From: an uncultured Flavobacteriales bacterium
Lineage (GTDB): Bacteria; Bacteroidota; Bacteroidia; Flavobacteriales_D; Crocinitomicaceae
Assembly (NCBI GenBank): GCA_913046365.1
Contig: CAJWRM010000002.1
Location: forward strand, 50,815 to 114,814
Reading direction: 5' to 3'
Length of the DNA: 64,000 nucleotides
In this document: piece after piece, positions 1 to 9,700 of the stretch
Position numbering within the stretch: position 1 is the first letter of the stretch
Layout of the letters: each line of letters opens with the position of its first letter
Made by a program: the position numbers and the translations under genes
Notes under the pieces: generated by a model
Database searches by the model: none
The model's input: only the letters and a program-made list of their open reading frames with translations
What the model was told of the DNA's origin: nothing

Positions 1-1013
1 ACAAACAATCTATTAATGAACTTTATGACCTCACAAAGACATTAGCACCATCTGAGGGGCCTGCTAAGTCTGCGCGTAAAGAGTTGATTGAAATCATGAT
101 GGGACTTGTATTTAATTTGTTCAATAAAACGCCAACAGATCCTGTTAATATTACTTATGTATACGCTGGAGACACACTGATCGATGTTGCTCCGTCAATT
201 AAGTTGAATAGATACTTCGGTCGAAATAGCTGGGATGAAAAAAATGATATCGAATATAGGCTTTCTGATAGTGTTGCGTATTTGGGATTAAAGTCCTTTG
301 AATCACGAAGGGAAAGAAAGTATAAGCGTGTGATTAATTCTTTTTTTAAGAAATTAGAGCGCAAAGGGATTTCAAATGTAATCCTAGATGTCAGGGGTAA
401 CAGAGGGGGATATGTACTTTTATTAGAGCATGTTTTGAGTTATATAAATGCAAAAGGCGAAACCTTCGATTTAAATTACCTATATAAGAGAAGCAAGCTC
501 GATCGTTTTGAAACCTTGTCTCGATTTAAAAAGTTAGACTTTGTGAAAAAAGCATTGCGGGTATATCCCCAAGGTATGATTAGTAAAGAGTATGATTTTT
601 ATAAGAGTCCAATGGGTTCAATGAGTTCTATCTTGTATCAAAAGAAGCTCACAAATCCATTAGGTATTACCTACACAGGAAAATGTGCTTTACTCACTGA
701 TGGACTTTCTATGTCTGCCTCAGTGCTACTAGCGTCTTGGTTTAAGGGGCATAATAGAGGTCAAGTAATAGGAACACCATGTTTTGGCTCTATGCAAGGA
801 ACTCATGGAAATGCAGCTAGAATAGTGTTGGAAAATTCAAGGATACCAATTACCATTTCTACACTAAAGTTGAGCTCAGTAGAGCAACCATTAATTGAAA
901 TTATACCAACCAAAAAAATTCAATATTCCGTAAATGATTTGATTTTAGGTAGAGATCCCTTTATTGAATACCTTGAGGTGTTAAAAAACGAGCAACCTTT
1001 TCCAATGGATTAA
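1..1013 (+). CDS. S41 family peptidase (C-terminal processing peptidase-like), 5' end outside window
   Basis: The frame is open from nt 3 to the window edge, so the listed TTG start at 84 is probably internal. Motifs VILDVRGNRGGY and GLSMSASV are typical of S41 peptidases. Confidence 0.75.
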   Translation, partial: KQSINELYDLTKTLAPSEGPAKSARKELIEIMMGLVFNLFNKTPTDPVNITYVYAGDTLIDVAPSIKLNRYFGRNSWDEKNDIEYRLSDSVAYLGLKSFESRRERKYKRVINSFFKKLERKGISNVILDVRGNRGGYVLLLEHVLSYINAKGETFDLNYLYKRSKLDRFETLSRFKKLDFVKKALRVYPQGMISKEYDFYKSPMGSMSSILYQKKLTNPLGITYTGKCALLTDGLSMSASVLLASWFKGHNRGQVIGTPCFGSMQGTHGNAARIVLENSRIPITISTLKLSSVEQPLIEIIPTKKIQYSVNDLILGRDPFIEYLEVLKNEQPFPMD

Positions 1014-2373
1014 GTGTCTTCACATCATAGTAAATGTAGATGTTTTTATTTCCAACGCGCTCTTTTAGCCATGAAACGATTCTTTTTTTATCTTCTAAAT
1101 CTAATGTCTTATCAAGTTTTATATGAACAAGCCAAACTTCAAGAGTGGCGGAGTCTTGATATTCAATACTAGGCTGCATGGATAGGGAATAAACCGACTC
1201 GTATTGTACTTTGAGCTCTTTAAATATTTTTCCGCTAAGTGCATTTATTTCTTGTATACTATCTAGTTGTTGATTTGCTTCACCAAGTTTTCCCTCCGCT
1301 TCTTGAAGTTTTTGCTCTTTGGATAGCAGCTCAGCAGCTAACGGGTTGATTTCATCTTCCTCCTTTTTCCCGAATCCAATTTGTATATCCAATGTAGAAC
1401 CCTCAAGATCGAAGTCTCTTAAGTTTTTCTCAAGTGAATTAATTTCTTCTTTTGAAATATTTTCCCCACCATAAATGAGTGTGATGGTTTCCTCTGAAGC
1501 ATTGACTTCATTATCGAGAAGGAAGCTGTTTTTTGTTGGGTGTTTGGCTATTTCACTTTTCACAAATCGTATGGCCTTTTGCATATAACGATCCTGCTGA
1601 ACCATAGTGTATCCAAAGTAAATACTGGGAACAATTGTTAAGACAGTAATGGCTAAAATAATTCTATTTGTTCGCTTGGAAAGCTTTTCATCAAGCTGTT
1701 GCTTTTGAGGGAATTTTAAAAGTCTTGCTGTTAGTAGAGTGGCCAAAGAAATAAATACAGTATTAATAAAGAACAAGTAAAACGCTCCTAAGAAAAAATT
1801 CCATTGTAAGGTTGCGAGACCGTAACCAGCCGTGCATAGAGGCGGCATCAAAGCAGTCGCAATGGCAACTCCTGGTATTACATTACCCTTCATTTTGCTT
1901 GTAATAGCAACGATCCCGGCAAGCCCTCCAAAAAAAGCGATGAGCACATCGTAAATATTAGGTGAGGTTCGTGACAGCATTTCAGTTTGTGCAATATTAA
2001 TTGGGGTAAGGGCAAAATACAGCGTAGATGCTACAATCGCTACAATACCGGCAAATAAATAGTTGTAGAGCGCTTTTTTGAGCAGGCCTATGTCTGAGGT
2101 TGCAATCCCAAATCCGAGACCTATAATTGGCCCCATGAGAGGTGATACAAGCATGGCGCCGATTACAACGGCAGTTGAATTTACATTCAACCCTAAAGAA
2201 CAGATTAAAATAGCAAATACTAAAATCCATAGGTTGGTACCCTTAAATACAACCCCACTGTCAATATTCTCTGAAATTACATGAAAATCTTCTTTCTCCT
2301 GATTCAGGCGAAAGCTATCCACCATGTTTGTTATGAAACTAAAAATTTTCTGCATAAATTTATTTAATGTCAA
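961..2373 (-). CDS. DUF389/TIGR00341-type integral membrane protein with soluble coiled-coil-like C-terminal part
   Basis: Several TM helices and the motif VVIGAMLVSPLMGPIIGLGFG, characteristic of DUF389. The ORF-track start at 2373 is TTG; the first ATG is at 2355 (MQKIF...). Confidence 0.7.
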   Translation of the reverse strand: MTLNKFMQKIFSFITNMVDSFRLNQEKEDFHVISENIDSGVVFKGTNLWILVFAILICSLGLNVNSTAVVIGAMLVSPLMGPIIGLGFGIATSDIGLLKKALYNYLFAGIVAIVASTLYFALTPINIAQTEMLSRTSPNIYDVLIAFFGGLAGIVAITSKMKGNVIPGVAIATALMPPLCTAGYGLATLQWNFFLGAFYLFFINTVFISLATLLTARLLKFPQKQQLDEKLSKRTNRIILAITVLTIVPSIYFGYTMVQQDRYMQKAIRFVKSEIAKHPTKNSFLLDNEVNASEETITLIYGGENISKEEINSLEKNLRDFDLEGSTLDIQIGFGKKEEDEINPLAAELLSKEQKLQEAEGKLGEANQQLDSIQEINALSGKIFKELKVQYESVYSLSMQPSIEYQDSATLEVWLVHIKLDKTLDLEDKKRIVSWLKERVGNKNIYIYYDVKTLNPLEKVARFLTPQGIQ

Positions 2374-2428
2374 ATGGAAGTCTTTGGCATTTAACTTATG
2401 ATACGTTAATTTTCAAAAATTGTTTCTT

Positions 2429-2866
2429 CTAAAGCCACCCAAGACTGAATAATGCGATAATAACGAGGTAGCGTAAAAACTTCCCAATTAATATAAAGAA
2501 GAAACTCGTGCCCCATGGAGCTCGGAAAAAACCAAGTGCAACTGCCATAACGTCTCCGATAAATGGAAGCCAGCTCAATAGACCAAGCCAATACCCAAAG
2601 CGCTGAACCTTGTCCTTCCAGCGTAATATTTTCCTTTCGGGAACCTTTAATCGCTTTAGCCATATAGGATTACCTAGCCGACCAATGAGGAAATTGAACC
2701 ACCCTCCAGCAGCATTTCCAATTGTTGCGTAAAACAAAGTAATCCAAGGGTCATATCCGACCACAAGCATACTCACCAAAAAAACTTCTGAGGTAATGGG
2801 TAAAAAAGTTGCCGCTAGGAAACTAGTTAGCAACAACCCAAGGTATCCAATTTCAAATTCCATCAT
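2429..2866 (-). CDS. YqaA/DedA-like (VTT domain) small membrane protein
   Basis: Hydrophobic ~145-aa protein with FLAATFLPITSEVFLV...IGNAAGGWFNFLIGRLG. The start is moved to ATG 2866 (MMEFEIG) because 2867-2892 forms the upstream gene's terminator. Confidence 0.65.
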   Translation of the reverse strand: MMEFEIGYLGLLLTSFLAATFLPITSEVFLVSMLVVGYDPWITLFYATIGNAAGGWFNFLIGRLGNPIWLKRLKVPERKILRWKDKVQRFGYWLGLLSWLPFIGDVMAVALGFFRAPWGTSFFFILIGKFLRYLVIIALFSLGWL

Positions 2867-2892
2867 AAAAAAAGCCGGCATTTGCCGGCTTT
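2867..2892 (-). terminator. Rho-independent terminator of the 604-aa T9SS cargo gene
   Basis: The minus strand reads GCCGGC-AAAT-GCCGGC followed by a run of 7 T (2867-2873). Confidence 0.7.
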
Positions 2893-2913
2893 AATGTTAT
2901 ATATTTTTCTAGT

Positions 2914-4728
2914 TTATTGAACAATCATTTTTCTTGACAATGATGTTGTTCCACTTGCTAAGGTAACCGTATAAATACCACTAGAAAGTTGCTTTGTATC
3001 AAGATAGATTTTATTCTCACCCTGATTTAGATTTCTGCTTTCTGAGCCAACAAGTTTACCTGAAATATCTGTGATTTCCATGTGCATATTTTGTGCATTA
3101 TTCATGAATACATTTAATGTACCTTCTCCTGACACTGGATTTGGGAATATATTCCCTACCATAAATGTTGTATGATTTTCTTCTATTCCAATTGTCGGAT
3201 CGAAATTCATTCTTACATATGGTGTCCCAGTCTGATAATACCAAGTGTTGTCTGCAAGATCTAAAAAGAACGACGTTTGAGGTTCTGAAGTACCTGCTGT
3301 TGAGACTCTAAGACCCTCACCAAAAGACCCTATAACCGCTAAATAAGTAGTATTAGCAATAACGTTAACCGGACTCAAAAGAGGAACCGTTAAGCTCGTG
3401 TTTTGCATTTGCTGTGTAAGCGTTAATACATCAGACTCCATCTCATAAATAAAGTCACCAGTTGTAACATCCACTGAGTATAGCTTTACATAGAATTCTG
3501 TTCCAAGCTGCGCGCCATTTGTCCCTCCTGGGATTCTTATATCAATTGCTTTGAGCGTTTGGTCTGCCCACACATCAAATAAATTACCGGATTCGAATCC
3601 ATCTGCTCCATTTGTTGTACTTCCTCCTGGCGAACCATTATCACGCGCATATATAAAGTCAACCACTGAAAAACTGACATCATCTATTTCGTTATTTCCT
3701 GGCACATCGTCTGTTGAGTCTGCACTAATCGTTTGAACGATGTCATAATCGCCATTTGCATCAGGCGTGAATTGTGTGCTAAGTGTTAGAATAGCCGTGT
3801 CTAAAGAGTTAATCTGAGCCGGATCACTCGAGCCTACAAAAGCACCTTCGTTAACATTTACATTCAAGACAACATTCGTTTGTGAATTCACACCTCCATT
3901 AAACGCGGCCACCTCAAAATCGATTGGAGCAACTTGAGTCAATGGAATTTGGTAATAATTTAGACCCTCTGTTCCCCAATATGTTTCTGTTATTACTAGA
4001 TCATTTCCTGGATTTGTAACCAAACGAACATCGTCAATATACCAACCATAAGTAACCCATACATTCGGGTTTTCTGCAGATGCAGGGAAATTAGTCGTCC
4101 AACTGAACTGAAGCCAAATAGGAGAGCTATTCATATCTAAAACGGTTGCTAAATTAATTTGTTTAAGGTCTGGATTGTCATATGCAGAACCGCCGGAAGC
4201 AGATAAAACTGGTATATCATTATTGTCTCCTATAGGTGTAAAAACAACCCCATCTGTACTATATGAAATTTGTTGAAGGTCATTAAACCTTGCACCAAAT
4301 TGTTCAAATTCCAAGGTTATTTCGTTTGTCCCAGCCAATGTAATCACGTCAATTGGATTAGCAGTAGTCATAGTATAAACTACATCGAGCGCTTGTGTTT
4401 CAGCGAATGGATCTCCATTTACAAGCTCGGCGTAATTTCCTCCTGAAGTAGAACCAATACCATTTGTTGAATACCATCCGTCAGAAACAGCATTGATGTT
4501 CCAACCATATTCAACGCCTTGTTGACCACTATTATCAAGGACCCACGTTGTTTCGTCAGAGAAATCATCAGACCAAATCGTGATGCCCTCATCCTTTAGG
4601 TGTTCAATATTTAGCGCAGGTTTTTCTGTTCCAATGAGCTCATCGAGAGAAGCTATTCTTGGTGCTTTTTGCGACCAAGTGATACCTGCGGTAAGAACCA
4701 AGCAGGAGATAAGTAGTAGATTTTTCAT
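2914..4728 (-). CDS. Secreted protein of unknown function with T9SS type-A C-terminal sorting domain
   Basis: N-terminal signal peptide (MKNLLLISCLVLTAGITWSQ). The C-terminus IFPNPVSGEGTLNV...GIYTVTLASGTTSLSRKMIVQ matches the T9SS CTD pattern. The N-terminal part looks like a MAM/choice-of-anchor-J-like beta-sandwich. Confidence 0.8.
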   Translation of the reverse strand: MKNLLLISCLVLTAGITWSQKAPRIASLDELIGTEKPALNIEHLKDEGITIWSDDFSDETTWVLDNSGQQGVEYGWNINAVSDGWYSTNGIGSTSGGNYAELVNGDPFAETQALDVVYTMTTANPIDVITLAGTNEITLEFEQFGARFNDLQQISYSTDGVVFTPIGDNNDIPVLSASGGSAYDNPDLKQINLATVLDMNSSPIWLQFSWTTNFPASAENPNVWVTYGWYIDDVRLVTNPGNDLVITETYWGTEGLNYYQIPLTQVAPIDFEVAAFNGGVNSQTNVVLNVNVNEGAFVGSSDPAQINSLDTAILTLSTQFTPDANGDYDIVQTISADSTDDVPGNNEIDDVSFSVVDFIYARDNGSPGGSTTNGADGFESGNLFDVWADQTLKAIDIRIPGGTNGAQLGTEFYVKLYSVDVTTGDFIYEMESDVLTLTQQMQNTSLTVPLLSPVNVIANTTYLAVIGSFGEGLRVSTAGTSEPQTSFFLDLADNTWYYQTGTPYVRMNFDPTIGIEENHTTFMVGNIFPNPVSGEGTLNVFMNNAQNMHMEITDISGKLVGSESRNLNQGENKIYLDTKQLSSGIYTVTLASGTTSLSRKMIVQ

Positions 4729-4772
4729 GTATTTAATTTATGGTGCTAAATATACAAAACTCTTAACAAAAC

Positions 4773-5549
4773 TCAGCGGTCTTGCAGAAAAGGAAGTTTT
4801 TTTCGTAGGTCACAAAGTTCATGCGAAGAAAGATTTCCATGGAGGATTACTTCTGAATTGTTTTCATGTAATGGGTTTTGAATTATACCATTCGGGTCGA
4901 CAATCAAGCTGTTTCCATTGTATTCAATATCATTTCCATCTGTCCCGACTCGATTACAAGCAATAACATAGCACTGGTTTTCTATAGCCCTTGCTTTTAT
5001 TAATGATATCCAATGTGTGATTCTTTTTTTCGGCCAATTAGCGACATACAGCAATGCATCATATTTTGCCACACCATTCACGTCAAGTTCATTTCTAATT
5101 AATTCAGGAAACCTTAGGTCATAGCAAATTTGTAAGTTCAACTTCCATCCTTGAAAGTCAACGATCACTTCTTTTTGTCCAGGTGTAAAAGAATCAGTTT
5201 CACCACCGAGACCAAAACATTTTCGTTTATCGTAGAAGGCGATTTTATCTTTATCAATAAAAATGCCCCGATTGAAAACATCTTCGTCTTCTTCAATGAT
5301 CAAGCTGGTATATATCGCACAATTTAGCTCTTTGCTCAAAGACCTCAAAAAATCAATACCCTCCGAATGCTGTATTTTTTCCGAATGCGTTTTATGGTCT
5401 ATTGTAAATCCGGTATGAAACATTTCGGGAAGCAAAAGAAGATTGTAGTCTTTTTTATTATTTAATAAGTGTTTAATCTTTGAGAAGTTTTTTTGCTTGT
5501 CTTCCCATATTTGATCGAATTGTAAAATCCCTATATTCAAATCTTGCAT
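4773..5549 (-). CDS. Carbon-nitrogen hydrolase (nitrilase superfamily), omega-amidase YafV-like
   Basis: E-K-C triad context (LLLPEMF, YDKRK, LQICYDLRFPE). It overlaps the upstream aminotransferase gene by 13 nt. Confidence 0.75.
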   Translation of the reverse strand: MQDLNIGILQFDQIWEDKQKNFSKIKHLLNNKKDYNLLLLPEMFHTGFTIDHKTHSEKIQHSEGIDFLRSLSKELNCAIYTSLIIEEDEDVFNRGIFIDKDKIAFYDKRKCFGLGGETDSFTPGQKEVIVDFQGWKLNLQICYDLRFPELIRNELDVNGVAKYDALLYVANWPKKRITHWISLIKARAIENQCYVIACNRVGTDGNDIEYNGNSLIVDPNGIIQNPLHENNSEVILHGNLSSHELCDLRKKLPFLQDR

Positions 5550-6664
5550 AAAAGGTCTGTTGCTTTTGTTAATGTCTCATTTTCTTTGGCAAAGCAGAAT
5601 CGTATGACCTTTCTTTTTTCTTCGTGCGCGCTAAAAACTGATATTGGAATTGCGGCTAGTTTGAATTTTTCAACCAGTTCATGACAGAAATCTACGTCAG
5701 ATTCTTGAGATTGGTTTGCATAGGATGCGAGCTGGAAATATGTTCCTTCACAAGGTAAAAGTTCAAATTTACTATTTTCCATTCCTATTCTAAAAAGATC
5801 TCTTTTTTGTTTATAAAAAGCACCGAGTTGCTTTACATTTTGCTGCTGCAAATATTCTGAAAGAACGTGTTGGCTCAAACTATTTACCGTGAATACAAGA
5901 TATTGATGTACTTTTTTTAATTCATTCATTAACTTTTTAGGAGCCACAACATAACCGACTTTCCAACCCGTAATATGAAAGCTTTTACCAAATGAGGATA
6001 CAATCATAGTTTTAGGATGCAAGCCATCATACAGATTGGCAGATTCGTGCCTAGCATCGAAGGTGATATGCTCATAGACCTCGTCTGATATATGATACAG
6101 GTTCTGGTTTGTTTGTAGTAAGTTCGACAGCTCTTGCATATCCGATTTGCTCCAAATTCGACCAGAAGGGTTATGTGGATTATTGGTGATAATTAGTTTG
6201 GTTTTTTCATTTACACACTGCTTAATTAATTCCCAATCTGGTAGGAATGACTCATTTAAAGGTATTCGAACGGGAACCCCCTGACTTAGTGTTATTGGCA
6301 TAACATAACAGTCATAGCTTGGATCAAGTATGAGCACCTCATCAGCTGGTTCAACCAATGCTTGAATGCATGTAAAGATTCCTTGTGTTGCTCCTGCAGT
6401 AATTAATATTTCTTTTTTTGGATCTAGATCACGGCCATAAGATTCATAAACGAGTCTGGATGTTTCTTCTAGCAGTTTTGATTCTCCTGCCATCGGTGAA
6501 TATTGATGTACAGTACCTTTGCTCACTTTTTCAATTAATGAAACAAGCTTGGGGTCCACCTCAAAATCTGGAAATCCTTGAGATAGGTTTATGGCGCCGT
6601 GTTCTCGGGCAAGATGAGACATCGTTGAAAAAATACTGATGGGTATGTCTGGAAGTTTAAACAT
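5537..6664 (-). CDS. Class I/II pyridoxal-phosphate aminotransferase, YbdL-like methionine/glutamine transaminase
   Basis: N-terminus INLSQGFPDF and PLP-lysine motif SSFGKSFHITGWKVGY. Confidence 0.8.
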   Translation of the reverse strand: MFKLPDIPISIFSTMSHLAREHGAINLSQGFPDFEVDPKLVSLIEKVSKGTVHQYSPMAGESKLLEETSRLVYESYGRDLDPKKEILITAGATQGIFTCIQALVEPADEVLILDPSYDCYVMPITLSQGVPVRIPLNESFLPDWELIKQCVNEKTKLIITNNPHNPSGRIWSKSDMQELSNLLQTNQNLYHISDEVYEHITFDARHESANLYDGLHPKTMIVSSFGKSFHITGWKVGYVVAPKKLMNELKKVHQYLVFTVNSLSQHVLSEYLQQQNVKQLGAFYKQKRDLFRIGMENSKFELLPCEGTYFQLASYANQSQESDVDFCHELVEKFKLAAIPISVFSAHEEKRKVIRFCFAKENETLTKATDLLCKI

Positions 6665-6683
6665 ATCTCGAATTTATAAAAAT

Positions 6684-6710
6684 AAAAAAAGGGAGACCGA
6701 AGCCTCCCTT
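6684..6710 (-). terminator. Rho-independent terminator of the 1381-aa T9SS cargo gene
   Basis: The minus strand reads AAAGGGAGGCTTCGGTCTCCC followed by TTTTTTT. Confidence 0.65.
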
Positions 6711-6730
6711 TAATTTAATGATTAACGTGA

Positions 6731-9700
6731 TTAGTTTTTAACAACTCTGAATGTTTTAAATACATTGTTGTTGTAAATTTTCACGAAATACGTTCCGGTT
6801 TCTGAATTTTTCAAATCAACAGATTTGATTTCATTTCCTGTAATGTAATTTTTGAATGTTTGGATGATTCTACCGTTCAAATCAGTTACTTCAACGCTGA
6901 AGAATCCTTCAGCTTCATTCGCCTGAATGTTAAAGCTTCCACTTGTCGGGTTAGGATACAACTCAAAGAAGCTTAAATCTGCTTCCATAAGTCCAAGGTA
7001 ATCACAACCTCCATCAACAAACAAAAGAACAGTTGAGGTATCCGCATCACACACCCCATTAGAGGTTATGTATGAGTAGTTGTAGCTACCTGGGATGTTA
7101 CTCGCTGTAATATCAGGAGATCCAAGGTTGTTTCCTTGTGGATCAATCCAATCCCCACCTAAGTCAATATTCCCTGACAAAGAAGACAGTAGATTGTAGG
7201 GCTCGTTCAAACAAACCGAATCAGCACCGTCATCACCTGCAGAAGATGGACCATAAATCACAAGTGTTGCGACTGTTGTATCTGCCGTACAAGGCGTTTT
7301 CACAACATATAGGAAGTCATGTGAACCTTCTGGTAAAAACTGCACATCTGCAATTGAACCATTGACGAATGTTTCATTTGCTGGGAAACTCCAGTAACCA
7401 TATGTTTCACCTGCAGTTATGTATTGATTCAGATCAACTGTGTCGGCCGCTCTACAAACGTTACCACTACCATCAATACCTGGTTCAACAGAACACGGTA
7501 AAATCTGAATTTGATCTACCACATTCGCCCTACCCCAGTTAGAGGTTCCTTCGAAAGCAATTTCTAATTGATCTGTCGTATCAACAATAAATAGTGTATC
7601 AACTGTCCATTCCGGAGTATCATCAGAATAAGAAGCAATTTCAACCCAAGCTGCTGTATCTGTATCTCTCATGTATACTTTCGTGGTGTTTTGATCACCC
7701 GCCCATTGTTCTTGTGCATATGCAAATACAAGTGCAACGCTATCTTGATCAGAAAGGTCTAATCTCGGAGAAGCTAGCTTTGTTATTTCACCTCCTGGAG
7801 AGCTAACAAATCTTGCATTCAGTGTTCCTTCATATGAATTAAGAGCAGCTCCACCAATACCGGCACCAGCACCTGCTTGGTAAGTCCAATCAGCCTCTAA
7901 AACTTCATAGATGTTATACCAGCAAATTCTAGTGTCAGAATCGTCTTCAAACGTTTCTTCAAAAGGCACTGTGTAGAATCCGCAATCTGTTGTGAATGAG
8001 ACTTGAGCCCAATCACCATTGACACCAGTTCCACAGTCCGCAACTACGTAGAAATCATAATCTGTATTTCCTGAAAGGTTGTTAATAAATGCAACTGTAT
8101 CTGTGACAGAAATAGAAGCAATTTCTTCTCCAGTTCCTGGAGTAAATCCAGCAGCTCCATATTCCACAGTCCATGCAGTTTCAGAACCATTAGAAATCCA
8201 AGATACATTTATGCTAGTATCAGTAAGTTCATTTATCACCAGGTCAGATGGGCCAGCAGCACTTCCTACTGTTAAGTAATAAACACTTGAAGAATCTCCA
8301 AGGCTATCAAAAACGACAACGTTATAGACACCTGGAGATAAGTCAGTTGGTGCTGGTCCAGCAACACCTCCGTCTACTGAGAATGTAAATGGTGCTTCTC
8401 CGCAAGAGACAGCATCAATGGCAAATGATCCATCAGCTCCCGTGTTACAGGTAGCATCTACGGCTGCTAAATCAACGTTTACATCTGCAATATTTACACT
8501 CACTTCAATAGTTTCTGCACTGTAGCAACCGTTGTTGTTACTTGCGACATAAAAGTCGAAAGTACCTGCTGAATCTGCATCAGGCAAGATAGCTGTACCC
8601 ACAGACTCAAAAGGAGTTCCGTTTCCGATTACAGCTCCATCAGTTGGTGCATCGAACCATGCTATATCGATTGATTCAGTTGCTTCAAATCGAATTAAAC
8701 CATTAAAGACTCTTGGTTGGAACGTGCAACTAAATGCAGGAGCTCCACCATGTCCTTCAATGAAATTAAAGCTCGCATTAGAAGCAAAAACATTTCCTAA
8801 ACCAGTACCGTTAGTGTACGCTACACCACCAGTCGAGTGCACGTGAAAAGAATATCTTTCACCCGCAGGTACTGTAATATTAACTGGTACAGGAATATTT
8901 GTATAGTTTGGTGAAGAAGAAGCTACACCTGTAGCTGTCCCAACTAAAATCCATCCAGCATCACTTGTATTTGCTCCCGGTACAGTAAGGTAGTCGTCTG
9001 CCCGGTACCATATTGAAACATCACCGGTCCCTGCATTCATGTTAAGGGCAAAGTCTTGAATCGTAGTTTCTTGAATCGCTTCAATAACAAACATTGTTCC
9101 TTCAGAACCATTACCTGCAGCCATAGTGGTCAACAGAGAGTCAGTCGTAGCAATATCTCCAACAGCTGTAAGTTCTATACTTGAATCTCCAACGCACGCA
9201 TATATTGCCGTGTCAGCAACAGGTGATGGTGGGATAGAAGTTTCTAATGTTCCTATTGTAATCTCGATAGGCGAGCTGAAAAGTGAATCAGCGTCCTGCA
9301 CTACAATTGAATATGTTCCAGCCGTTAAGTTTGGAGCTACATCAAAGGCTCCACTATCTACTTGGAATACGAATGGCGCTGTACCACACAAGGTGTCTAG
9401 TATTGCAAATCCTCCGTTAGCATAACCCGTACATGTTTCATCTGTAACGCTGAGGGTTACATTTACATCTGTAACTAGAACTGTCACTTGTGTTGCACTA
9501 CTTTCGCAACCGCCGTTAGATTGAGTTACGAAAAAGTCATAAGCTCCTGTTACTGCAGCTGGCATAACTCCTGACCCAACAGCCTCAAAAGGAGATCCAT
9601 TCCCTTCTAGGTTACCTGCTGTTGCAGCGTCATACCAATTTAATGGATAATTTCCTGCGGGTATTGTGATACCAATGGCGTCGTTAAACACCCCAGAAAA

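Noticed and set aside
4580-4966. 128-aa plus-strand ORF spanning the junction of the T9SS cargo gene and the amidase gene
   Set aside because: It bridges two well-supported minus-strand genes and their intergenic region, and its composition is not protein-like.
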